Of a DNA stretch of 64,000 bases, positions 25,121-37,913 are shown piece after piece. Each line of letters starts with the position of its first letter. Position 1 is the first letter of the stretch. The notes beneath the pieces were generated by a model. It searched no databases. It saw only the letters and a program-made list of their open reading frames with translations, and had not been told where the DNA came from. Source of the stretch: Owenia fusiformis (Eukaryota); NCBI GenBank assembly GCA_903813345.2, contig CAIIXF020000001.1:14446001-14510000 (forward strand). Direction: 5' to 3'. Made by a program: the position numbers and the translations under genes.

Positions 25121-26527
25121 AGGGTAATTTTGTCATTTTCATGTCTTGTTCGAAACAAATATTGTAGCAATTTTATGAGGAGGAGTTTATGATTGATTTT
25201 TGAGGGTGATTAGCATTTTCCATAAGCTTCAAAATGATATATGGGAAAGTATGATAAATTTAAAGATAAAAAAAGTTAAGGGGGGAGAACAGACTTATTT
25301 GACACCCTGTACATCATGTAAAATGGCATTCTTCTTGTTTGATTTTTTCCCTTAAAAAGAGTAAGTACTGTCGCACTTATGCAAAGTCTTAAATCATCCT
25401 ACAATATAATGAGTCATGGGCTTAAATCCGTTAATATATCATTATCAAAGATTCATACATAGTTGATGGATTTAGTTCAAATTCTATATGCTGATGTCAA
25501 GGAACAAATAGGGGCTTTGCTCAAGAAGGAATTTTCAAGATGGCGACTGAATTTCAAATTGACCGCCATTTTTCGTAATCTTTACGTCCGTTCGTTTGTC
25601 CGGGCGATAACTTAAATATATGTTTTGATAATCTTTGATAACTGAAATGCTATACGGATTTAGTTCAAAGTTTTTATGCTGATACCTAGTAAGGGACAAA
25701 GGAGCTCTATTCAAGAAGAAATATTCAAGATGGCCGCTATTTATCAAAATATGTTTTGTTCTGTGAGATTTGCTACTCCGTGAAGTTGCTGTTTTCTAGT
25801 TTTGAGATTAAACAATGGCTCCCATTAGAGCTAACAGTGCTATGTACTAAACAAAATGTACTGATAGGACCTGAGAGTATAAATGATAAAACAATCATTT
25901 TGCTTTATTATGGACAAACACGTAGGCGTGGACATTAAATTAACAAACGATTTTTCCTTTGGAACTCCAATTCTTAAAAACTGAAATGTAATCAAACACA
26001 GAATTGTAAAATGTAACTGTTCTATGTAACTGAATTGTAATTAATTTAACATATTTTTTGTTCTCTGAAATAAAAAGTAAACTAAAAAGTCTTCTTGTAT
26101 TTTGCCACCACCCGGTCACAAGAACTTTTTCGCACGGCTTAATAAATTCTCCACATGATTATTGGTATTACCAATACTAATCGTGGGACAATTTGATAGA
26201 TGCTGTAATATTCGGAGACTGGCATGGTGTCTCTATAAATCAAGATAATCATAGATCCTCCGGGTCCTCCCACGGAATCAACTTTCTCAGTAATCGATTG
26301 CTCCGAATCAGTTGATAATAGTACCACTGAAAACCTTTTAGTTAATTAACCATTTCCTTTAAGGACAATGCGAGTTCAACATGGCCGCCTTACATGAGAA
26401 ATAAAGCTCTGGAATACATTTATTGTACTGATTCAGCTATTACTATATTGTCACTCCATTGTCATTTTATCACCACGTGATTAGTTCACTAGAACATCAT
26501 AACATAGATTTTTTCCTGTAATGCTTT

Positions 26528-27179
26528 CACAACGGAATAGCCTGACAACGGTAAAGTCAGATACCGTTGTCACAAATGGCGGACATAACCGTCGCTTCAA
26601 TTAGATTTTCATGAACTGTATGTTGAATAGAGCGACTAGATTAAATTACTTTGGTACTGCAATCACTCAAAGTGTTTTTCTACTGATCATATAGTTAAAT
26701 ATGTTCTACCATCGAAATAAAGGCATTAGTTTTACCGATCGGAATATGACACAGGACAACGGATACTGTATAAATGACAACGGTAGGTATGCATCAAATG
26801 TGATGTAAAATCGAGGTGACAACGGAATATGTATAGACAACGGTAAAATACTTTTACCGTTTTCATTTTCCTATGTTCCAATGCAATACAATACAATAGT
26901 CTGTTGTCACATCTTACCATATGCCGTTGTCTTTGTAAATTATTTCAAATTCAGATTCCGTTGTCATTGACAATATCGAAGACGCTATATTGTGGCGATT
27001 CACGGCCCAATTTGATAGAAAGTGGGATTTCATCATCACACGAGCTTACACATGCACAGAATTAGGGACAATAAAGTCTCATGAAACGAGGACCAAGTGA
27101 TTAAAGAGTTGAAGCGACGGTTATGTCCGCCATTTGTGACAACAATCTGACTTTACCGTTGTCAGGCTATTTCGTTGTG
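26528..27179. mobile_element. MITE with CAC...GTG ends and 5-bp TSD (Transib-like), GACAACGG-rich family, copy 1
   Basis: GCTTT|CACAACGGAATAGCCTGACAACGG...CCGTTGTCAGGCTATTTCGTTGTG|GCTTT; TIR about 70 bp. Confidence 0.88.
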
Positions 27180-27210
27180 GCTTTCTTGAGGACGAATATT
27201 CCCCACATTC

Positions 27211-27570
27211 CGGGCAAACTGCCCTTGCTATACGTCACTTAAGGTTGTTTTAAGAAATGAGTGTTGTCCCAACACAATTGTGATCATGACGAGTCAGTAA
27301 GCTGGTATGTAGGTACAGTTGTCATCTTTTTGCAATGATAACATGCCATTTCTCTGATTTATTTGGGTTATCTGAAGGACAATTTCGAGTCAAGGGGCGC
27401 ATTAATTTAATTAGGAGATGTTTGACCCCTATTGAGTTTAGTGTCAAAATGTAGCTTTAGACATTGCTTTTGAACCTTGGTTAGGCCAGTGGGGCCAAAT
27501 AAATCCATAACTCGAGATAAGAAACCAGGCGTTTGCCCATTTGCCCATTGACGTGAATTATGGCTGTTTT
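27211..27570. mobile_element. Diverged copy of the GGCC-ended (Harbinger-like) MITE
   Basis: Shares CCCAACACAATTGTGATCATGACGAGTCA...ATAACTCGAGATAA with 28456-28924 and 29787-30633; ends decayed. Confidence 0.7.
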
Positions 27571-28455
27571 GTCTCACTCTTTGTTTATCCTTCCTCCTCT
27601 ACGAGGCCCTTTGGTATGTATGTACTGTACAGTATACCTTAGCCTCGTCTTCTTCCTGAACCAAGGGCGAACGTAATACCCGGATAGTTCCTCGTTCGCA
27701 ATTTTAATGTATTTCGCGTTCGGCCTTCTACCGTATACTGTTCTATCAACCAATTAAAATGGGGTGCAATAACTTGAATTTGATTCTGACGATGTGTCTT
27801 AAGTTACCCCCCTTTGGACATGAAGTCCAGAGCTGAATATGCCCAGCTTATGTTGGTGATTGGTAAGTAAAATCAATCCATCCTTATAAAGCAACATATT
27901 TCCTATAGTTTAGTGAATTTTGGTCACGAAACGTTGAGAAACAACAGTTAAAACGAAGATTGTCCGCGTCCGTTTTGATTGTTTTGACGAGAAACCAACG
28001 GGGTCACCTTATACCGCGTTAATTTTTATACCGCGTAAGGGGGTAAAATTGAATGACAGAAAACACAATAGCCACTTCAAGTACATTTCCCTGTTTATTC
28101 TGTTCGTATAATTAACCCTTATTTATATATCATATATTTGAGTTAATCAATTATGTAGCTTATGATGTGAACGGATTGCAATGCCAGAGTAAAATAGCCG
28201 CAAAACGGTGCAGAAAAAGGTACCCAGGTCTGAAAAACTGACCCCTCTATCCACCATTGTGTAATGCAGATCATATAAAGCCCCGGATGTCGTGTCGTTT
28301 CGTTTGGTACACAACTTAAGCCCCGGATATTAAATAAGCCCTGCCTGAACGAGGCCATTTAATATGTATGTACCTCAGCCTCGTTCTGAAGAATACCTAC
28401 AGTAGGTCTGAAAAACTGACCCCTCTATCCACCATTGTGTAATGCAGATCATATA

Positions 28456-28924
28456 GGCCCAAATGCCCTAATACGTCACTTCCGCTGAAAAAAGTAGTTA
28501 TAAAAAATAAATGTAGTCCCAACACAATTGTGATCATGACGAGTCAGTAAGCTAGTATGTAGGCACAGTTGTCATATTTTTGCAATGTCAACATGCCATT
28601 TCTTCTGAAAATGCGTTTACTTGGGTTATCTGAAGGAAAATTTCGATCAAGTGGCGTATTAATTTTGGCTTCATTTTTGTGAATTTCAATTTCTGTCGGC
28701 AGAGAGAGGGGGTAGTGTCACAATTGACCAATTATTTCAAAAAGTAGATGTTTGGCCCCTATTAAGTTTAGTGTCAAAATGTAGCTTAGACATAGCTTTA
28801 GAACCTCAGATACAGATATGTAGGCCAGTGAGGCCAGATAAATCCATAACTCGAGATAAAAAGTCAGTCGTTTGCACTTTTGCTCATTGACTAGTATGGT
28901 GACGTGAATTAGGGCAGTTTGGCC
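28456..28924. mobile_element. Harbinger-like MITE, left unit of a composite
   Basis: TIR GGCCCAAATGCCCTAATACGTCAC / GTGACGTGAATTAGGGCAGTTTGGCC; left flank ATA. Confidence 0.8.
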
Positions 28925-29786
28925 TATTAGTCACATGTGAGAGTGACCAATTTTTTTTTAAAACTACTCAGAATCGCCCAGAATTGAAGTTTATTAGTAT
29001 GAAACATATTTGGACGGAGGCAAAAAGGGGAATTTTCGTGAACAAATTTAAAGTTTTTGCTGAATAAGCAGTTTTCGCTTTTTACCCAAAAACCACTGAT
29101 TTTGACGATATTTGGCTACAATTTCGTCCTTAATGACCCCAAGATGTCATATGCTGTCGTAAATGGGGAAGCCAATGAGTTGCTGTTCATGATAAAGATT
29201 GAATTTTTCATCTTATGGTTTCTAGTAAAGAATGAAGGTACATATCAGGGGTACAGTCAGAGATTGGTCAGTTAAGTGTCAATTTTTGATGTATTTGTCC
29301 ACTCTGAATGACCAAATTCGAGCTAAAACTATCTCAAAAGTCCCAATTCTCTAGGCCAGAGTCAAATCTGATCAAATTTGTCATCATTTTTCAAATCAGG
29401 AGGTTGTTGAATGGAAAAAATATCAAAAATAATGATAATTTTAGTAAAATTTTGCCAAAGTAGGCCAAATTTGCCCAATTTTCTGGTTCACGGTTCAGTG
29501 ATTTTGGCTAAAAATTGCAATATGCAATTAGATACTCAATTTCTTGACACGACATTGTAAAATGTCACCACCAGGCAGTAGATTTCATGATGTAAATGAA
29601 AAACTAGTCAAATTTAAAGGAAACCCATTGAGTCCTTGGGAAAATGACCCCAGGGGTAATAAAGTAGCCATATTTTTCATAATTGCTGTCAGAATATTCT
29701 TAAACTGCACAAAGCTACTTGAAAAACTCTAGTAAATTTGAAAAACGCAATTTCAAGCTAGAAACCATCCAACCATGTTGCTATTA

Positions 29787-30633
29787 GGCCCAAATGCCAT
29801 AATACGTCACTTCCGCTGAATAGTACCCTTTGCATTCGTTTGACTTCACTTCTTAAAAGAGAGCTTCGTCTTCACTCTTTCAAACTAAAATAAACCTGTG
29901 AACTCACCGCGCCAATCAGTGTTCGTCGGCCAAATTTGACCGACGTTCTATATATGGTCATTCCTTCTGACGTCATCGTTGAGCCCGGAATTGACCAATG
30001 ACATGCGCATATTTAATTAGAACGCATTTGGCGTGTGTTTCTTCAAGCTCGCTGAATGGTGGAAGAAAGGTCAGCGCATAGGTCAGAAGTGATTTATTAC
30101 TCAAACTGTCACCGGTACCCGTCGTGGGTGCGGGGCTACTAAACTGTAATATGGTCTCTACTAGGCAGAGTGTAGTTTAACTAGACTCTGCACGCAGGGT
30201 AGCTGAATAGAAAAAAGTAGTTTTCAAAAATGAATGTAGTCCCAACACAATTGTGATCATGACGAGTCACTAGTATGTAGGTACAGTTGTCATCTTTTTG
30301 CAATGTCAACATGCCATTTCTTCTGAAAATGCGTTTACTTGGGTTATCTGAAGGAAAATTTCGAATCAAGTGGCGTATTAATTTTGCCTTCATTTTTGTG
30401 AATTTCAATTTCTGTCGGCAGAGAAAGGGGGTAGTGTCACAATTGACCAATTATTTCAAAAAGTAGATGTTTGGCCCCTATTGAGTTTAGTGTCAAAATG
30501 TAGCTTAGACATAGCTTTAGAACCTCAGATAGGCCAGTGAGGCCACATAAATCCATAACTCGAGATAAAAAGTCAGGCGTTTGCCCCTTTGCTCATTGAC
30601 TAGTATGGTGACGTGAATTAGGGCAGTTTGGCC
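29787..30633. mobile_element. Harbinger-like MITE, right unit of a composite, interrupted by a 9-bp-TSD element
   Basis: Same TIRs and body as 28456-28924 in the same orientation; right flank ATA (30634-30636). Confidence 0.8.
29824..30201. mobile_element. 378-bp non-autonomous DNA transposon, TACCCT...AGGGTA ends, 9-bp TSD (AcademH- or MULE-like)
   Basis: TSD GCTGAATAG at 29815-29823 and 30202-30210; removing it restores the host MITE. Confidence 0.88.
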
Positions 30634-31711
30634 ATAAAGCCCCGGATGTCGTGTCGTTTCGTTTGGTACACAACTTAAGCCCCGGATATTAAATAAGCCC
30701 TCGCTTGAACGAGGCCATTTAATATGTATGTACCTTAGCCTCGTTCTGAAGAACTAATATTCCCTACACCCCAATTCTTTGTTTATTCCTCCTCCTGAAC
30801 GAGGCCCTATAAACATGGAATATGCCTAAAGCAAATATCTAAATGTAACCCGAGTCCCATATTCACAATCACTCCGGATCCTCCATTTGAAAAGTGTTTG
30901 CCTCATTATTCATAAACGATTGTATATAGCAGTTCACACTTTCCAATTATTGTTTAATTTGATATTGTAACATTTAGGAACCATAACATTTTTCAATTAA
31001 GTCTTTATATGTTTCAAAAACCATCGACATTTACAAAACTATTAAGTCTGCCCTAGATATCTCAAGCGGCCCAGCGTGTTGTCCTTGTCTGATATATCAT
31101 CTTTGCCTTGACAAATTGTTACTTTTAATCTTAAGTCGTGTTACTTTCACGATATTCCCTCTTCGGTGTTCTCAATATTAGGTTAATACATCTTTGAATC
31201 CTTTGATTTCCTAGGAGATAAAACATAATGACATAATCCATAAAACATAAACGTTTTGACCCTGATAAGGTTAATATTTTTGTATGCGATCAGTTAACGC
31301 CTACATATGTTTTAAGAACAAATATAGATGGCATAACGCTAGTTTGTTGTTCTTTTTTCATTCTCATTTGTTAATGTGTAATATCGTCCTATTTAAGCTG
31401 AAAAATTCCAGTGCATGTTGTATCATCGATACTCAAAATCACTACCCTGATACTCGGCACATCTTTTTGTTTTCAACGAGAAATATGTTTCTAGAAAGAA
31501 AATCATAGAAGGCCATGATTTCAATAGGATGTAGGACATTATGTTCGCGGCTTTTTCAATAACGTCGTTCCAGATTATATAAAAAAGCTTCGACGAATTT
31601 CATGCAGAAGCATGATTGACATTGTCCTGTGGCGTAGCCAGGATTTGACAGGAGGGGGTTCGAATATTTTCGGCAAATTTTTTTAGGAGCCACCTAACGA
31701 TGAATTTGGTG

Positions 31712-31771
31712 AAATTTGCTTAATCTCTGCCCAATTTGCTTAAACTTTGCCAAATTTGCTTAAACTATGCC
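31712..31771. repeat. 20-bp minisatellite, 3 copies
   Basis: AATTTGCTTAA(T/A)CT(C/T/A)TGCC three times. Confidence 0.8.
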
Positions 31772-32298
31772 TTTCTTGTTAAAACGATCTGCTCCACCCT
31801 TTGATCATATTATTAGGTGATGACAAGAAGGGGCAGAGCCCCAGAGCTTAAGAGTTAATCGATATAATTACGTCTCTTGCGTACCACCTATATTTGCGCA
31901 ACTTCTCACCAGTTAGTTGTCGAAAATAACACGTCGTTGTAAAGTTTTAGTCGATGTGAGCATATTCATTACACCTTACTTTATCTTGATCAAAAATAAC
32001 AAGCCATGATATAAATCAAAACGCCAGAGATGAACTAATTATTATTCGAAGCGTGTTTCGAAGATTTTGAACCTCCATTGTTCGTCTGTCGATTTGACCA
32101 ATCAGGACGATGTGTCTCCTCAATACAGATTTAATTACATGTTAGAAATATGTCTTCTTTGAACCCTCATCTTCGACTTCTAAGGTGTTATAACACAGAA
32201 GTTGGAGCAACTGGAGCCTTGTGAATCAACATGTGAACCCAGTGGTTATTCCCCCCATGGTGATGACGTACCTGTACAAATGACATTTTACACAATTA

Positions 32299-32516
32299 CA
32301 CTCCCCTCCAAAAGTTTGGTAACCGGAAGTTCTTATTGCATATCAACACTTGTTGGTGTTTGAATATTAACTTTGTTTATTAATTACAATAGTTTGGAAA
32401 ATGACAACTTCGATGATAATTTTTAATCCACCAAACGTACATGTAGATAGGCCATGAAGACAGGCACAAGTTATCTGAAAGTGGACATCCGAGTTCCAAA
32501 CTTATGGAGGGGGGTG
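32299..32516. mobile_element. Short Tc1/mariner MITE, CACTCCCCTCC family
   Basis: TA|CACTCCCCTCCAAAAGTTTGG...CCAAACTTATGGAGGGGGGTG|TA. Confidence 0.8.
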
Positions 32517-34102
32517 TATATAAAGTTAATGCATTTCATACATTTTGCTGACATTTTACCATAATTATCTGTATTATATTTTAATGTTCATAGGCTAAAC
32601 ATATTCCTAATGTCTTCCTTTTAATCGGTGTAGAAGAACAAACAATGGCCTATTTCTGAATAAAGCCAAACATAATTTATTGTTCATGGTGCGTTTTTAT
32701 GACTTATTTTATTTGCAATATGGCAATATCTGCAACTAAACACGACGCATTAACACGATCTTAATCATTTCTGCAATATCCACAAGTTTTTTCTGATACT
32801 TGCTCAGAAACCGAGTATGTTTTTTATGAAAATAGCGTAATTCCACGAGGAATCTCAATAAGGACAAACCTTATTTTGCGCGCAGCTTGAGAGGGGGATT
32901 GATGTCAGCAATTTCATTTTATGCTTTTGATGTTTTGTGGCTAGCACTTTACGAAAATTGGAAATAACAATATGATTGATGAATAAACATAATAGGACAG
33001 TATTATTGTCGTAGCTCATTGTAACATCATAAGGGGTCTTTAAGAATTAGATACATGCAGAATATTTATGAAAAAATAACGTCTGTGGGTTTTCCATCAT
33101 TTTATGATAATCTACTTATTCTTTAAAATCTGAAAAATAAAAAAAATATGCCATTTAATAACACAGAGATGTGTTCGATCAAGACTATGGAAATCCACAA
33201 TAGCTGTGGTGTATTCAAATATGCATTTTCTTGGCGAAATATACACTATAGCGCCTTGCCTAGACTTTTAAGCGATTTTATTTGATGACTTAGTACGAAT
33301 ACTTGAAAGCATAAAACACTTTATAATGCCAGTCAACAAATAAAAGCCTGTATATAAAACTGTTTTCGAATTTTCAAGCCATTTGAAAAAATACTGGATG
33401 CTATTAGCATGTCTTGAGAAGATGAAATCGAGTCACTTCGCACTTCTCGATGTTCTGATAATAAGATTTATGTTCTTATTGCAAAGCCAAAATTCATATT
33501 TATAAATTGGTCCCATTGGCCAATAATTGTCATAAGTTAGGCCTAAATTAAACTTGCAATAGGTCGATTAAACACGTAAATTGCTTTCGATATTACATTT
33601 ACCCAAGACAATCCATCGAGAACACAATCATTTTGTATTGCACCAAAGACAAACGGTGTTTCCAAATTGTTTCTAAATTAGCCAATGATTGTGTAATCCA
33701 AGTTGATCTTGTAGACTAAATGGAATGAGTGTTAGCGATAGCAAGATCGATTCTGTGTCTTTTCTGAAAGACTTAGCATCCACAAAGTTCAAGCAAGACC
33801 CAAAAGGGACATAAAATATTTTTTCCAGGGCTAGACATCCCAAGATTCGTGATATACTGATTTTAGAAAATTGATTTCTTAAATAAATTTTGAATATGAA
33901 ATCCATTTTTGAATAAGTTATTTTTGAAACAGTTCTTCAAAGTTCTTAAATTAATATTAAAAAGTTGTTTTTATATTCTATTAATCGTTCCTAGAATTTA
34001 AAAACATCATAGTTACGACAGAAAGTTATCCGTCCCCTTCCTTGTGAGCGACGCCACAGATCGGGACAAAGTCAATGTTACCCTTTTCTTGTCAAATATG
34101 TA

Positions 34103-34970
34103 CACTCCCCTCCATAAGTTTGGCAACCTTTTTTCTCCATTGAACTACGTGTTAAAGCCTCTTTACGTTTGAATTTTTATTTACTTAACCGGCGATGAAA
34201 TAACTTATAATATTAATTGTAACGTAACTTGTCTTTATTTCCAATACCTCCAAATTTTCTCGATTTTTTCCCTCAATTACAATAGGTCGAAAAGTGATGA
34301 TAAATTTGATGAATTTTTGAAAATCGTCATTCCCATGTAATCCAATGGGAAATGGAGGGTTCGGGGCAAATCTGAAATAAGAATATCTTTTCAGTAACTA
34401 GATTCAGCAAAAAATATTTTTATATAGAAAATTGAATTGTCTAACTTTTTTGAACACTAAGTGTTTAGTTTATTTGATGAATATTAAAGTTACAGCGCTT
34501 CAAAGTCATTTTTGAAAAGAATTTTTCGCCCCCTGTGTTATTTCAATGGGAGAGGTTTTTTGAAAAACAATTTTGACTTTAAAGCTCTATAACTTTGTTG
34601 AACCTGAAGAAACATATCAATTTTTTGTTAAATAAAGTTAGCAAATTCAATTACCTGCCTAACTCGTTTTTTTTGCAAGGACTCGGATGGATGGATATTC
34701 TATCATATGACTTGCGGCAAACCTACCATTTCCCATTGGTTAACATGGAAATTTCGATTTTCAAAAATTCATCATCAATTTTCGACCTACTGTAATTGAG
34801 GAAAAAAATTGAGAAAATTTGGAGGTATTGGAATTAAAGTCAAATTACGTTTCCATCAATAGTATAAGTATTTTCACCGCAGGTTAAGTAAATAAAAATT
34901 CAAAGGTAAAGAGGCTTTAACACGTAGTTCAATGGGGGAAAAAAGGTTGCCAAACTTATGGAGGGGAGTG
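34103..34970. mobile_element. Tc1/mariner MITE, CACTCCCCTCC family, TIRs about 250 bp
   Basis: TA|CACTCCCCTCCATAAGTTTGGCAACC...GGTTGCCAAACTTATGGAGGGGAGTG|TA. Confidence 0.88.
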
Positions 34971-35605
34971 TAAGCTCGCGCACTGTTAAAAGTCGGTGTT
35001 TTTATTTTATTTTTAATTTCATTATCTATTGAGAATCAAGTTAAATAAAAGATAATACCGACTTGGGCAAGGCAAGTTATAATATTAGAAACAACTGCTA
35101 AATGACATGTATCGAGGAAACATTCATATTCATTTGTAAAATCACTGCCGTTGAAATTGAAAATATGACCCGCGTTCAATCCTCACACCGAGTATGTACG
35201 ACATCTATTTTACTAACATTCCTTTTTTCAGAACATGAAGATCGGAAATATTTTTTTGCTTTTTTGCTTTTTGATATCTTCGAATTAATATCCAGTTTCA
35301 AATTTAAAGACATATTTGGGTTAACAACAACACCATAAAATACAACGATATGATTTAAGTCCTACTTTCGTCCTAGATCCAGAAACATACGATGTGTGCC
35401 AATATTCAGTTCAATTAATTTTACTGGTCAGCAGAAATAGGCATGATATACAATTACGTAATCGTTTTAAAATCAAACGAGTATTTAGAAGATTTAGTAT
35501 TCATATTCTTTTATATCAAGAAATAACCTGCGACTCGTACAATTTTTATTGAATTTTTCCAATGTTTTACCCTTGAACAGAATTGATATATCATACATAA
35601 GCTTA

Positions 35606-36794
35606 CACTTCCCGCCATAAGTTTGGCAACCCTGATTCCCTCATGATCATTGGATAACATGCTAAAGCCTATTATGTTTGACATTTTATTTGCATAGTCT
35701 GTGAAGAAAAGACTACTTTTAGGGCAGGGAACATAAATTAACTTCATTTGGAATACCTCCAATTTTTCTTAATTTTTTCAGCAATAACAATAGGTCGTAT
35801 ATTGATGACAAATCTGATGAAGTTTTGAAAATCGACATTCCCATGTTCACCCTATGCAGACAGAGCCTGTGGGAAATATTGGGTGCGGCGCAAATGAGCG
35901 GAGGGTGCGGAGCTAACGGTCATTTTTGAATTTAAAATAGGGGTATTTCTGAAACTATGGAGCTGCTCCGCACCCAATATTTAGAGGGGGCTCATATCTG
36001 AAAAACATTTCCGAATTTTTATAAAATCACACTGATACTGCCTGGCTTCCAAGATGCAAAAATAATTTGTATAGATAGTGTACCTTGAACACCATTTTTT
36101 ATGAATGCCGGGGACTCCGTATTAAAAGGATAATTTCAAAATATATAGGTCTGGGAAAGGTTTAAGGCACACTGCGTCGCTATAGAATGAATTGCGCTAC
36201 TATTTTCACAATTGTATTGATATTTGGTGTCAAATACACATATCTTGGTATATTCGAAGTCCCAAAACGGCTTAGTTCCAGAAATATCCCAAAATATTCA
36301 AAAATGACCGTTAGCTCCGCACCCTCCGCTCATTTGCTCCCCACCCAATATTTCCCACAGGCTCTGTCTGCATAGGGTGATGTTAAACCTATGGGAACTG
36401 ATATGTTTGTCGCAAGGCATATTACATATATCCATCTATCCGAGTTCTCGCAAAAATACAAATTAGGTAGGAAATTGAATTTGCAAACTTTGTTTAACTT
36501 TATATGCCTCCAAAGTCAAAAATATTTTTCAAGAAACCTCTCCCATTGAAATAACACAGGGCGCGAAAATGATTCTCAACAATGACTTTGAAGCTTTGTA
36601 ATTTTAATGTTCACAAGGTAAACTTAACAGCCAGAAAACAAAAACATTTTTGGTGAAGCATTTACTAAATAGATATCCAGAAATCTGTTGAAGTATTTTC
36701 ATCGCTGGCTCTGTAAATAAAAATTCAAAAATAAAGAGGCTTTACATGTAGTCCAATGAAGGAGTTAGGGCTGCCAAACTTATGGAGGGGAGTG
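35606..36794. mobile_element. Tc1/mariner MITE, CACTCCCCTCC family, interrupted
   Basis: TA|CACTTCCCGCCATAAGTTTGGC...GCCAAACTTATGGAGGGGAGTG|TA; contains the nested 35848-36379 element. Confidence 0.82.
35848..36379. mobile_element. MITE with CAC...GTG ends and 5-bp TSD (Transib-like), nested
   Basis: ATGTT|CACCCTATGCAGACAGAGCCTGTGGG...CCCACAGGCTCTGTCTGCATAGGGTG|ATGTT; TIR about 80 bp. Confidence 0.9.
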
Positions 36795-37043
36795 TATCTT
36801 ATTTGATATTGATGAATTATTTGGTTTTAAGTAATTAATTTAGCGAGGCGTTCATGAGGAAATGCTCCAGCAATATTAGTTTCATTAGCTTTAATTCGGT
36901 GAACTAGAGGAACCCAAAAGTACATTCTTTCAGGAAAGCTATTTTTGCCAAGTTTTAATCTGAGGTTTCTCATACATATTATTTGTGCCGATCATTTGTT
37001 ATATATATGGGTTTGTAATGGTTTGTGATAAATGTGATATGTT

Positions 37044-37044
<1 letters not shown>

Positions 37045-37079
<35 letters not shown>
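37045..37079. repeat. (TTG)n microsatellite
   Basis: About 11 perfect TTG units. Confidence 0.95.
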
Positions 37080-37080
<1 letters not shown>

Positions 37081-37159
37081 TTATTATCAAATATGTGATA
37101 TGTGTGTTGTGATAATTTTGATAGCATTGACCTACTTTAAAAGGCAGTATAGGACAAAA

Positions 37160-37913
37160 CTCCGTGTTAAAGCCTATTTATGCTTGAATTTTTACTTGCA
37201 TAACCAGCGATGAAAATACTTATGATAAAGGGGGAAATGTAATTTGACTTCATTTACAATGCCTCTATGTTTTCCAGTTTTTCTCAATTACCATAGGTCG
37301 AAAATTTATGAAATATTTGATGGACTTTTGAAAATTGTCATTCCAATGTAAATCAATGAGAAATGGTGGGTTCGGGGCAAATCAGATTTCTGGATATCTA
37401 TTCAGTAAATGCTTCATCAAAAATAATCTTCGAAAATTGAATTGTACTAGCTTTTTTTCACGCTAAGTGTTACGTGAACTTTTATTACAGGGCTTCAAAG
37501 TCATTTTGAAAATCATTTTTGCCTCCTTTGTTATTTCATTGGGAGAGGTTTCTTGAAAAATAAAAACTTGACTTTGGAGGGAGCCCTATAACTTATTTGA
37601 ACGTGAAGAAACATATCATTTTTGTTAAACAAAGTTTGCAAATTCAATTTTTACCAAACTTTTATAATTATTTGCGAGAACTCGGATTGATGGATATTCT
37701 GCCGTATGACTAGCGACAAACCTATCAGTTCCCATGGTTTAACATGGGAATATCGATTTTTAAAAACTTAATCAGATTTGTCATTATATCCGACCTATTG
37801 TTATCGTAGAAAAAATGAGAAAAATGGAGGTGGTCGAAATTATGTTAATTTATATTTCAATCCAATGCAACTCAATGGGGGAGTTAGGGCTGCCAAACTT
37901 ATGGAGGGGATTG
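37160..37913. mobile_element. Tc1/mariner MITE, CACTCCCCTCC family, left end missing
   Basis: Body colinear with 34147-34970; ends GCCAAACTTATGGAGGGGATTG|TA. Confidence 0.75.

Noticed and set aside
28456-30633. LTR/TRIM interpretation of the two direct repeats
   Set aside because: The repeats end GG...CC with their own TIRs and a 3-bp TSD, not TG...CA with a 4-6 bp TSD; no PBS or polypurine tract recognised.
31627-31660. GTGGCGTAGCCAGGATTT and related ends (51091, 62075-62100) as hAT-like elements
   Set aside because: Only single ends recognised; no paired TIR or TSD could be established.
37025-37213. Poly-cysteine ORF
   Set aside because: Translation of the (TTG)n microsatellite.
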